52,111 nucleotides of DNA from Octopus bimaculoides (Eukaryota): contig NC_068989.1 in the NCBI RefSeq assembly GCF_001194135.2, positions 62,769,178 to 62,821,288 of the forward strand, given 5' to 3'. How positions within the stretch are numbered: position 1 is the stretch's first letter; the number at the start of each line of letters is the position of its first letter. The position numbers were made by a program, and so were the translations under genes. Below, in pieces: positions 27,029-38,639 of this stretch. The notes under the pieces were generated by a model. That model made no database searches, was not told the DNA's origin, and was given only the letters and a program-made list of their open reading frames with translations.

Positions 27029-27257
27029 CAGGTTTGGCCAAAAGTCACCCGACAGCTAATCAAAATTCCATAAATACTGTATGTAATTCTCTATTGACTG
27101 GAATAGAAAATTGTGTCACTGAAGAACGACTTTAGTTTGAACAATTTTCATGTTTCATATTTAGATGCTTTTATTAAATCCATTCAGTTGTTAAACATTG
27201 ATAAATCTTGGAACTAATGGTTTTGATTTACTGTCAGGTGACTTTGGGCCAATCCTG
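27029..27257. mobile_element. MITE (Tc1/mariner-type)
   Basis: Direct: left end CAGGTTTGGCCAAAAGTCACCCGACAG vs reverse complement of right end CAGGATTGGCCCAAAGTCACCTGACAG (~27 bp TIR, extending imperfectly further); TA on the left flank, CA on the right. Confidence 0.85.
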
Positions 27258-27849
27258 CACATTCACACACACACACACACACACACATACACACACACAC
27301 ACATACACACACACACACACACATACATATGTATGTATTCGTCTATTTATGTATGTATGTACAAACAATATATGACTATATGCATATATATGTACATGTA
27401 TGTACATACCTTCATCTACATGTACATATAGATACATATCTGGGTACATGACGTTGCCAAAAAACATAGACAAAATGATAAACAAGGTACAAAAAACAAG
27501 CAGGCCATATAGAGAACATATCCTTCATCAGCTGCCACCATTAAAACACTGGCGTTAGTGTAAAAAGTTCACAAAAGATCCACAAAGAACAGAGAAAAAT
27601 CACACACAAGTCTCGCAAATTTTATCGTCCAATAATCATAGCATTTTCGCACATTGAACAATAACATTGTTCATTTCGGTGGCGTGAACACAAGACGTTG
27701 CTGAGATTAATTGAACGTACGTAAATGACTGAGACGAAATCAAACAAGCGATAAGAAAGGACCGACACAGATAGACGGTACATCTATAAATTGACGACGA
27801 ACCTCTCACACCCTTACCTAGGGCCAGAGTTCCTGCGGAGCCCATCCCT

Positions 27850-28105
27850 CTCCAGGTTAAATTCATTTCTATTGCTGCGTGGACTGAAATAACGAGAAAT
27901 GTAGTCTTTTGTTCAAGAACACAACAGATCACCCGGTCCAGGAATCAAAACTACAACCTTATGGTCATGAATCCAATAGGCTAACCACTAAGCGACTTGT
28001 CTGCACAAGTGAACTAGAGCAACGTGAAATGAAATATTTTCCTCAAGAGCACGACAGATCGGCCGGCCCAGGAATCGAAATCGCAATCCTATGACTGAGA
28101 GTCCA
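27850..28105 (-). mobile_element. Two tandem 5' fragments of SINE family B
   Basis: Two successive blocks ...GCAACGTGAAAT...CAAGAACAC/GAGCAC...CCAGGAATC... homologous to the reverse complement of the 23205 copy head. Confidence 0.7.
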
Positions 28106-28111
28106 GATATA

Positions 28112-28640
28112 TTATGTCATCCCATAAATTCTGTCCGATTTTACTTTTCTTTAAATTGAATGAAATTTAATAATATTTTAGAATGTCTAATTCAATTAAA
28201 AATTATTTTTATTCATTTGTGTACATTTCAACTAATTAAATATTACTTTATACAATAATAGAATAAAAATTTCTTTGATTAAAACCCTTTCTAACATGGA
28301 AGTATCCAAAGAACGTTTCAGGCACATAATGCTGTATGAGTACAAAAAAGGAAACTCTGCAGCCGAAGCGACTCGAAACATACACTCAGTTTATGGAAAA
28401 GAATGCTTGAATGAAAGAACTTGCAGAAGACGCTTTGCAAAATTCGGAAGGGGAGATTTCAGCCTTGAAGATGAAGATCGAATAGGACGTCCAGTTGCGT
28501 TTGATGAGAAGCTCCTTGATACATTACTTGAAGAAAATCCTGCATTATCAGTTGAAGAATTGGCAATAAAGCTTAGTTCAAACCATACATCTGTTAATCA
28601 TCTTCAACAACTTGGAAAGGTTCCTAAACTTGGAAATTTT
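28112..28640 (+). mobile_element. mariner transposon 5' half (left TIR plus transposase DNA-binding domain)
   Basis: TA followed by TTATGTCATCCCATAAATTCTGTCCGATT; ATG at 28296 gives MEVSKERFRHIMLYEYKKGNSAAEATRNIHSVYGKECLNERTCRRRFAKFGRGDFSLEDEDRIGRP...HLQQLGKVPKLG. No catalytic domain or right TIR seen. Confidence 0.9.
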
Positions 28641-28821
28641 ATTGTAAAAACAATAAAATGGAACTTTCTACTTTGAGTTGGTAGAAACCCATTTCATCAT
28701 CATAATTTTTCACACCTCATAATTCATTCGTAAATCATTCTATGTACCCCATGTTTGTGCTTGTAATGTCCTTTCTATTTTATGGCTTTATGCCTATAAT
28801 AAAGAGAAAAGCTAGTGATTA

Positions 28822-28868
28822 ACACAGGCTGAGGACGGGTATCCACCCAGAAACTCGAGTCCGTATGT
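28822..28868 (+). ncRNA. Minimal type-I hammerhead ribozyme-like motif, degenerate
   Basis: ACACAGG CTGAGGA C GGGT-ATCC-ACCC A GAAAC TCGA GTC/CGTATGT: canonical CUGANGA and GAAA, palindromic TCGA, GUC triplet; stem I pairs 5 of 7; C10.1-A11.1 mismatch. Confidence 0.6.
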
Positions 28869-29031
28869 ATCAGAGATGGCTAGGTATGGGAGCGATAAAC
28901 TCCCCTCGCAAATACTAATCGGAGACAGAATGTATGTCGTTAGCCAGGTGGAAGATATCTCTTCCTGGTGCTATAAGTGTCAGTAGCACTGTCCCATGTG
29001 GGACGCTACAAGTGTTTAGCAATTATCTATA

Positions 29032-29066
<35 letters not shown>

Positions 29067-29164
29067 TTTTTCCTTCCCCCTCCCCAAAAGAAAAGCTCTA
29101 CATTGTATTTGTCCCATCTTCGTTGAGCCCTGTGTGGCTAATAAAAGAAATGTATCTATCTATC

Positions 29165-29199
<35 letters not shown>

Positions 29200-29479
29200 G
29201 CGTGTGTGTATGTATGCATATCTATATGTATGTATTTATGTATGTATGCATACGTGTATTTATGTATATTCTCCAATAAAAGTAATAATATAAAAATAAA
29301 TATAACAGAGAAGTAAAAGTGAGACAGTTCTCGAGTTATATATAATTACATCTTCAATTTCATTAAAAGTATTACTTATTTTGTAGTTGTTATCTTTCAC
29401 CAAGTTTATCCGATACAAGTCATTTCTATTCTCTATGGAGTGTCCACCAAAACTGTAGCTGTTACTCGAATGTCATAAT

Positions 29480-29627
29480 AATAATAACAACAAAACAAGA
29501 ACAAAACAGCAAAGGTAATAATAATTAGAACAAAAACAACAAGAACACCACCACCGCCGCCGCCGCCGGCGACGACGACGACGACAACAACAACAACAAC
29601 AACGACGACAACAACGACGACAACAGC

Positions 29628-29672
<45 letters not shown>

Positions 29673-29700
29673 AATAACAATAAAAATGATAATAATAATC
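29480..29700. repeat. Compound (AAC)n/(GAC)n/(GCC)n/(AAT)n microsatellite
   Basis: Direct; immediately 5' of the R4-like LINE. Confidence 0.95.
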
Positions 29701-29719
29701 TCAAAAAATTCATAAACTT

Positions 29720-32700
29720 CCATACCTTAGCTATGTTAGGTCTTCCCAAAGAAATCTAAAATTTTATACAAAAATTCGCCAAACCAACAGAAGTGTGAGA
29801 AAAGGCGAGTATCTGGTGCCTACAAATAACTAGTGTTCCGGGCAGGCTGTACTCGTTAGCCATGGGTGGCAAGCAGCCTAGGAGAAGTAACACTCCGAGT
29901 CCAAAACTAGGGGAGCAAGGACCCTGCCACCTTGGCGTAAACCTTGATAGAGATGGTACCCCCATAAAAATATCGGTTAATAGTAACCTAAAAGCACATC
30001 TCATTTGTGAGTGAAAATCCCAAGCAAAGTAAATGATAATAGTGTGAACGGGAATGGAACCAATGGAGAAGGTGCCGCACCCGGCAGGTGACCAACTGTG
30101 CAGCAGGGTGGGCCGCGTCGTAATCTAACAACTGCTAGCCATGCTACAAGACATAAGTGGAGTGAACAAATAAACATGATGGTTATGCAGCATTACTATC
30201 GGGGCACTCCAATGGATGGCGTGCCTGTCAAAGAGTACAGAAAACGAATGCATGGCGAATGGAAGGCAATAGAACTATTCAAAATTACAAAACAGACTTT
30301 AGGCGATCAAGCAAAAGCAATTCGAAAGAATAGATGGTTAACAGAATTTGAGCTTGAATCCAATTAAAAGAAGTATATCGGGTGAGATTCGGCTTGCGAG
30401 AAATGAACGTGGTTTAGTGAAAGAGATGGACAATTGTACGCAAGAATATAACACCGCGAATTGTGAAAGAATTGAGATCAGTGACTATTCAAATAATGAA
30501 GATCGATTAATAATAGACAAGATTTTAGAGCTACTAAATACAGAAGGGACAGAATTTATTAAGAAGGCTAAGCAATGGAGATTAAATCAAGAGACGAATA
30601 AAGACAATATTATACTGAGACACATTGAAACAAAAGACATCACACAAACAAATAAGCTTATCAAAGCTTCTAGGAGGATTGTGGCGGAGAGGATGAGATT
30701 GAGAACTAATGAGAATAGAACAGCAACGGATTGAATAGGAAGTAAACCGTGGTGGAAAAGGAGAATTTCGGAAGGTATAAATTCCTTGAACAGTGTAGTA
30801 TCAATAATTGTCTGGAAAAGAAATGGCCTGAATGTTGTAATTGAAGAACTGAAGCAGAGCATTCATGCAAAAATAGCAAAACTAACTAGGTTTGAACAAC
30901 AGATTAAACAATACCAGCAAATCAAATTGTTTAGAACCGGCCAAAAAAGATTATATTAAGAGATTAATGACGTGAAAAATTAGTCACTGATGCTGATGAA
31001 ATTCGAATTTTGTGGGGTAAAATATGGAGTAAGCAAGAACAACCTAATACTCCAGCTGACTTTCGGCCTGAAGCAAACAGCTTCTTATCCCCAGTAAGAG
31101 GCTATTTACTTCACAGAAGACAGTATCAGAAATATGAGTAAAAAGATAAGCAATTGGAAAGTAGCAGGACCTGATGTTGTACAGGGTTTTAGGATAAAAA
31201 GAAGTTCAGTAGTTGCCATAAATTGATCGCAGAACAATTCAATGCATTGATGAATGAAGAAGATGAAATTCTGGGCTGGTTGAGAAAAGGAAGTACTGTG
31301 TTGTGCCTGAAGGGTGCATCAAAGGGAAATGATGCTGACAATTACAGACCAGATTCCTGCTTCCCGTTAATGTGTAAGTTACTGTCAGGAGGAATTGCAG
31401 AAGAACTACATACATTTCCTGATGTGAACGATATATTACAGCCGGAACAAAAAGACAGTAGGAGATGCAGAGGTACCTAAGATCAAATATTGATAGACAA
31501 AATGGTGGTGAAAGATTGTAAACGAAGGAGAACAAATCTAGGAATGGCCTGGATTGGCTATCGCAAAGCTTATGATATGGTTCAACATTTGTGGATCATG
31601 TGCTTAGATTTGTTTGGGATTGGGAGGAATGTAACGTTTTTCCTCAAGAGAAGTATGATGGGATGGAAAACTGAACTGACATATAACGGAAAAAGCTTGG
31701 GTACCCTGGGTATCAGAAAAGGGATTTTCCAGGGTCACAGCTTATCACCATTGCTTTTCGTACTCTGCATAATACCCTTGACATTGGTACTCAGGTAAAT
31801 AAACCTGGGGTATCAACTTAAGGAAAAGTCCCCAACAATCAACCACCTTCTCTTCGTGGATGATTTGAAACCTCATGGCAAAGATGAGGAGTTCGTTGAT
31901 GAACACGGTCCATGTTTTTATACTGATATTAGAATGAAATTTAGATTCAAGAAGTGCTGAGAAATCTAACTAAAAAGAAGCAAGGTGCAGTCCCTAGCAG
32001 GGATAGAATTACCGATAAGAGAATTGATTAAGCAAATTGAAACGAAAGGATAAAAATACCTTGGTGTACTAGAGTTCAACGAGGTAATGGAAAAGGAAAG
32101 AAAAGAGCAGCAAAGGATGGAATTTTTCCGAACACTGGGGTTGATGTTGCGCTCAAAATTGACCAGATGGAATAAAATCCAAGCAGTTAATACGTGGGCG
32201 ATAGCATCACTTCGGTATGGAGCAGGAATTATAAAATAGTAAAAGAGAAAAATGAAGAAAATGGATACCAAGACTAGAAAATTGTTGACAGTATACGGAG
32301 CCTTCCACTCTAAGAGTGACACCGATAGGCTGTACTTGTCCAGAAGAAAAGGTGGGAGAGTATTGATCAGTTGCCAGGAATGTATCGGAGCAGAGGAAAA
32401 CAGCCTAGTGTGGTATGTAAAAAATGCCGTGGAGCCACTGTTGAAACACACGAAGAAGGCTGGCATCATCAAAACTGAAAATTGTATAACTAAAAAAAAT
32501 TTCGACATGAAATAAACAAAGAAAAAAAGAAAAAAGCATGGAAGGAAAAAATGTACGGTCAGCATGCAAGTGATGTGAACGCCAAGACAGATACAGACGA
32601 CCGGTGGCTATGGATGAGAAAGAGTGACCTGAAGATAGACACATAAACACTCATATGCGCAGCTCAGGAACAAGAGTTAAGGACTAGTTATATGAATTGC

Positions 32701-33473
32701 AGAATTGACAACACTACCGATGGGGATAAACGTAGAATATGTGGTGAGAGCAGTTGAACGGTATGGCACATCGTTAGCGAATGCCCAGAATTGGCACAAC
32801 ACCAATACAAATGCCACCACGACAATGTGGCAAGAATGTTTCATTGGGAGCTCTGTGGAAATGAGGGCCTACAAAGAGCAAAGAAGCGGTATGAGCAACC
32901 CCGAAAAGGACTAACCGAAGATGAGAACTGCAAAATCTTCTGGGATTTAATGATCGAGTGCGATCACCTAACCAGACATGGGAAACAAGACATTGTTGTG
33001 GTGAATAAAACAGAAAAAACATGTATGATAATCGACATAGCATTCCCCGGTAAGAACAGGACCAATGTGAAAGAAGAAGAAAAAATAAACAACTATGACG
33101 ATTTAAAGTGGGAAATACGAAGGTTGCAGTCAATTAAGACATAAGACGTGATACCAACAGTAATTAGTGCACTTGGAAGTATCAACACGCAACTATCAAC
33201 ACGCAACTACCAACATGGTTGCAAAGGATCAGTGCAAGTGTGAAGGTAGAACACCTNNNNNNNNNNAACTATCAACACGCAACTACCAACATGGTTGCAA
33301 AGGATCAGTGCAAGTGTGAAGGTAGAACACCTACAAAAATCAGCATTGCTAGGAACTGCAAGAATTCTTCGCAGAGTTCTTGAAACATGACGAACAAACA
33401 CGTGTCATCTTAATTTGCTGACTCTTACTTTCCGTCATACCTTCATACGCAGCGAAATATGCTGTGAGTTTCC

Positions 33474-33477
<4 letters not shown>
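29720..33477 (+). mobile_element. Near full-length R4/Dong-like non-LTR retrotransposon (RT plus C-terminal restriction-like endonuclease), pseudogenised
   Basis: N-terminal RHKWSEQINMMVMQHYY...YRKRMHGEW...DQAKAIRKNRWL; RT NWKVAGPD, DNYRPDSC, MAWIGYRKAYDMVQH, GIFQGHSLSPLLF, INHLLFVDDLK; CCHC/RLE region ECPELAQHQYKCHHDNVA, KQDIVVVNK...IIDIAFP...KEEEKINNYDDLKWEI, LQKSALLGTARILRRVLET*; (AAT)n tail. Confidence 0.92.

Positions 33478-33528
<51 letters not shown>
33478..33528. repeat. (AAT)n tract between the LINE 3' end and a SINE 3' end
   Basis: Direct. Confidence 0.95.
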
Positions 33529-33529
<1 letters not shown>

Positions 33530-33712
33530 GGAGTGAAAATTGAGGGAGGGGGACAGTCGAGTACATCGACCCCACTACTCAAGTGGTACTTATTTTATTG
33601 ACACCGAAAGGATGAAAGGCAATGTCGACCACACTTGCACTTGATCTCAGAACGTAATGAGGGATGAACTGCCACTAAGCACTTCACCCGTTGTGCTAAC
33701 GATTCTGCCAGT
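33530..33712 (-). mobile_element. tRNA-derived SINE (family A)
   Basis: Minus-strand head CTGGCAGAATCGTTAGCACAACGGG; body ...CCTTTCATCCTTTCGGTGTCAATAAAATAAGTACC... Confidence 0.85.
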
Positions 33713-33764
33713 TAATAATAACAATAACGAGAATGGCATCAAAAACAACAACACCAATTACAAC

Positions 33765-33910
33765 GACATAAATGTACCTATGACCATCGGAAACTTGGGG
33801 ACAATACTAAACGGCACTCTGGAACACTATGACCAAATGCCAGGGAAGCTAAAGGTATCAAACTATTATCAACGTGAAAATACCTGTTTTACACTATGCC
33901 AGGTAACCCG
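33765..33910 (+). mobile_element. R4-like LINE 3'-terminal coding fragment
   Basis: NVPMTIGNLGTILNGTLEHYDQMPG resembles the V.V.IGALG.I motif at the end of the RLE domain. Confidence 0.5.
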
Positions 33911-34111
33911 GGCTACTCTTTTTGTGGGGTACCCTATACAAATAAAGAATCTGTAACAAGCACTATTATACTTCGATTTGTATCTCATTTACAAGATTGT
34001 TCATGTAAATTTGTGTGTTGGAACAGTTTTCTTTTCTCTGTGGAGAGGCATGTTGCCATAATATAACACACCCATCAGTTAAATTTCCATTCATTTATTT
34101 ATTTATACATT

Positions 34112-34215
34112 TATTTCTTCAGAAAGCTTTTTCGACGCCGTATTTGTTACCGCCAGAGTCAGAATCCATTAATACGGTCGCAAATCGGCGACGTGAAAGC
34201 TTTTTAGAAGAAATA
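34112..34215. other. 104-bp imperfect hairpin (pre-miRNA-like or tiny MITE)
   Basis: Direct: left arm TATTTCTTCAGAAAGCTTTTTCGACGCCGTATTTGTTACCG pairs with right arm CGGTCGCAAATCGGCGACGTGAAAGCTTTTTAGAAGAAATA; 22-nt loop. Confidence 0.8.
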
Positions 34216-34216
34216 G

Positions 34217-34297
34217 GAGTGGAAATTGAACTGGTGAGTGGAAATTGAACTGGTGAGTGGAAATTGAACTGGTGAGTGGAAATTGAACTGGTGAGTG
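34217..34297. repeat. 19-bp tandem repeat, about 4.3 perfect copies of GAGTGGAAATTGAACTGGT
   Basis: Direct. Confidence 0.95.
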
Positions 34298-34711
34298 TAT
34301 TATGTTTAGTCATACACACACATAAATTATGTTCAAAGTGATACACCTGCTTTAACAGAATTCAAACCGCGTAAGGTTTTTTAATGTGTTACTTGTCTCA
34401 TCCCTGTGCTGGAATATTCAAGATGACCTAACCATTTGCAATGTTTCTATAGAACAGTATTCTAGTTGCTGCGGAATTTATTCTCACTTATAGCGTTAAA
34501 TTCGGTTTTACCTCCTTATTTTACCAAGTTAGACAATATCGATTATGTATCACGCTTAATTATGATATTTTATTGCTGCCATGTAAGGAAATTGCTTAAA
34601 CAGAAGTTACGTAAATATTGTATCCTGCGCGCGCGCGGTACACAAACACACACACACACAAACATGCAAACAAGCATACATACACACACACACACATATG
34701 CAAACAAGCAT

Positions 34712-34812
<101 letters not shown>

Positions 34813-35321
34813 CCTTTTATAGACGAATACGTCTTGAATTAATTTTAGAATTGTTATTACAGGTAATTAATTTTCTATGAATGTAGGATAGAGATATAAT
34901 TGATATAAAAATTAATACAAAATCAAATATATATTCGCTTTTAAGTTGCAAACTAAATTTTCGCTTCACCTTAAAACTTAGTTTTAGAAAACATATATTT
35001 TATAATTACATAGGGAAATTTATACATTTTAAAGATTACAGCTTCCTGATATTTAAAATAATCTATCACTTTTTCAACCCGAATTTCAATATCCATCCTT
35101 TGAGAAGGATTATAGAGAATAATTCATATTTCAAATTTTGATTAGGAACCAAATAAAATACCGAATTAATTTATAATCAGCATATTCCAATTCATGAATA
35201 TATTCCTTCAGTTTTGCCAATATATCGGTCAGAAATGCATGGATTTCTCATTGAGTTGTTCTCTATCCATCTTTTTAAAGGTATTTTTTTCTTTAATAAT
35301 TTCAGTCATTAGACTGCGGCA

Positions 35322-35660
35322 ATGCTGGGGCACTGCCTTGAAGAATATTTGGTCGACAGTATCGACCCCAGTACTTATAATTTTTTTAAAGCTTGGTACT
35401 CATTCCATCGTTCTCTACTCCCGAACCGAAACGTTACTGGGACGTGAACACACCAGCACCGGATGACAATTGGTTTAGGTGGTGGTGATACAGACACAAA
35501 GACACACACACACATATAACGATACAGCAGGTTTCTTTCAGTTTCCATCTACGAAGGATTTGATTGGATCGAGGGTTAAGTAGAAGACACTTGCAGATTG
35601 TGCCACGAGGTAGGACTGAACACCAACCCTTATAGTCGGTAAACAAGCTTTTTACCACCC
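35322..35660 (-). mobile_element. tRNA-derived SINE (family C) with an internal microsatellite
   Basis: 3' half (TTTCAGTCATTAGACTGCGGCAATGCTGG...CGACCCCAGTACTT) is the reverse complement of 41310-41498; the 5' half is a tRNA-like head homologous to the fragment at ~38497-38575. Confidence 0.8.
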
Positions 35661-35844
35661 TTGTACTTTTATATATACTATGAAATTAATGCAACTGCAG
35701 CTTTGAACACACAAGTTAACCATTCAGAAACATACAAAGACACGTAAGTTATATTGATTGTAATATGGTGTCAAAATTTCCGCCACTCGAAATTTTCACC
35801 ACTGACAAAATTTGTGCTGAATCTCAAGTTACACGGTTACATGG

Positions 35845-35846
<2 letters not shown>

Positions 35847-35926
<80 letters not shown>
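35847..35926. repeat. (TG)n microsatellite
   Basis: Direct. Confidence 0.98.
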
Positions 35927-35933
<7 letters not shown>

Positions 35934-36999
35934 TAATATGTATATGTAGTTTATAAGTTTCTGGGGTTTTTTTTTGCTCTTGTTTATGTTTTTGTTGTCA
36001 TAGGTCAAACGTTCCGTTTGGCTACTCATACCTGATTCATTGAATTTTTGTATGTATTTGTCTTTCTTGTATTCCTTCTACTTTTGTTCATTCTGTTATT
36101 TTGGCATCTTTTTATGACGAATACATTGTGAATCAGAAGTCCGTTTCAAGGAGTGGCTTTCTGAACAGGGCTAGACAGATCAATTGTAAAAATAATAGCA
36201 GCAGTGTAGATGTACTAGCAGTTGATGTAGTAGTTGTAGCCATGTTAGCAGCAGCAACAGTAATAGTAGTAGTGGCAGCAGCAGCAGTAGTAGTAGTAGT
36301 AGTAGTAGTAGGTAGAAGCAACATTCGTAGTAGCAGTGGTGGTGGTGAAATTTACTGTTGCTCAAGTAGTCGTAGCAGGGTCAGGTGTAGAGGTTGTTTC
36401 ACTAATAGGAATGGTGGTAGCAGCTAAGACAGAAGTAGCCGTGACAGTAGTAAAATATATGTACTATAAGTATTAATCTGTACTAGCAGAAAGACCGCAT
36501 TCCGGTTGGTTTTCTGCTACCCACTTAATAATATTTTCACATATAATTCCCAATTCTATCAATTTTTATGATATTTTACGTCTAATTATTTCTTTATATA
36601 ATTGTCATCAGTCGATTAGCAAATATTGCTTTCATTATTTTATCACAGTCACAACCGCTCTTTTTTAAACAAATATCAACGTAATCTAACTACGTTTAGT
36701 GGCAAAAATATACCAGTGATCACATACAGATATTTTAAAATATTTATAGCGTATCAAATAGCCATAGCAGCAAATTCACTTGATAATTCTTACATAACGA
36801 CGGAAAAGTAATAATACACATGAGTTCGAAGCATCAGTGTTTTAATAACTTGTAGAATATTTTTTTTTTTTACAGTATGTATAAACAATAAACTGGGGGC
36901 CTTTTCCCTGCGAATTTAAGTCAGCAAAATACACACACACACACACTCACACACACACACACACACACACAAACTTACTATGGGGTTGTACGTGGAGAA

Positions 37000-37290
37000 T
37001 TCCCTTCCGAGGCACGAGTTCGGGAAAGGTTACTTATGGAAGACCATCAGTTACACATGCATACCAATCTCACTTTCCACGTCACCGATGTTATACAACG
37101 GAAGAGCAAAGTCCGATGCAGCTTGATACGAGTGACGCCGCAACTCATTTCTACGGCTCAGTGAACTGGAGCAACGTGAAATAGGGTATCTTGCTGAAGA
37201 ACACAACACAGACCGGTTCGGGAATAGAAGTCACTTATGATGGTGAGCCTGTGGCTCTAATCACTAATCCATGTGCCTTCACAACATACT
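37000..37290 (-). mobile_element. tRNA-derived SINE (family B-related)
   Basis: Contains GTGAACTGGAGCAACGTGAAAT...CTTGCTGAAGAACACAAC, shared with the other family B copies. Confidence 0.75.
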
Positions 37291-38639
37291 GCCTAAATCT
37301 GACCGCTTGTACAGAAGGCAATCAAGACACAATGAGTAATCAAAAACTAAACGTATTTGAGAAAATTAACAAATATCAACTAGATTTGGGAGATAATAGT
37401 TTAACCAAAGTAGCCGCCCTTAGCTTCCACCATAGAAGAGAGCTCTGGAACCTGGCGCATGCATCCCACTGTGTGTCCTTGAGAAAATTTTCGAACATCT
37501 GATCTTGGCCACCAGCCGGTAGATATATGTAAACACATAAATAAATACATACATATATGCATGCATATATAGATACATACATCTATACATACATCTATAC
37601 ATACATGCATACATAGATACATACATGCATACATACATCTATGCATGTGCAACTGTGTAGAAGAAGATGCGCATGCATTTGAATGCAAAGTGATTTTTAT
37701 TGCTCTGTTATCAGTAAAATGTGTTGAAATATTTCAAATATTTGTTGCTTATTAAAAAAATATTACATTTGCGTCTGACTTTAACGTCAAATTAAATGTC
37801 ATGATAGAACTGTATTCCATGCGATTTTCATCGATTGTTTGTTTTATAATCGAATAGTTTGTGTAAAAGAAAGAAGAAAGAGTGTATGATACAACAAAGA
37901 TAAATCCAAGGTAGTTGACCTATAAATATATTGAACTTCTGGCATTTATAGTTGGGCTGTACCACATAAGTATACAAATATAGATACATACATATAATAC
38001 ATATACACACACACGCACATCCCCCACACATATAAATATGTATATGGATGAAAGACGAATAATAGAACTCGAAATAGGAGTATATGTATGTATTTAATAT
38101 TTAGCAGGAGTAACAATTTGACTGAAGATTCAAGAGTTTCGTATGTCGATAACTTCCAACGCACGAAGCTCTCGAATCTTGCGTGGCTCCGTTACTTCTG
38201 CTAAATATAAACATCCAAACACAGAAACAAACACACACACACGCACGCACACACACACACTCACACATGTATATATATATATATAATACTAAACGTCAGT
38301 GGTCGCATAATATTAGCAATTACGCTGTAATTGTTCTGATAGCTAGAAATATGTATATATATATATATTCATATATATGTATTTATGTCAATTTGTAGGA
38401 TGTATATTCATACATTTATGTTGGGTATATATTTGAGTGTGTCTGTGTCTCTCTCTGTGTGTGTATACATACGTATATACATGCATACATACACATGTCT
38501 GTGTGGTGAGAAGTTTTCTTTCGAATCACATGGTTCCTACTTCGGCCTCACTGCGTGACACCTTACGCAAGGTTGTTTGAAGTAACTTAATCTTAGAGGC
38601 GGTTAGAAGACTTCGCAAGTACTAGGCATATGAGAATCC

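Noticed and set aside
33179-33330. Duplicated block of about 65 bp on either side of a 10-N gap
   Set aside because: Identical sequence flanking a small gap is a typical unmerged contig overlap.
34217-34297. CRISPR-like appearance of the 19-bp repeats
   Set aside because: No spacers between units and a eukaryotic context; it is a simple minisatellite.
36101-36427. Low-complexity V/A/S-rich ORFs (also 26348-26749 and 29433-29749)
   Set aside because: Products of trinucleotide microsatellites.
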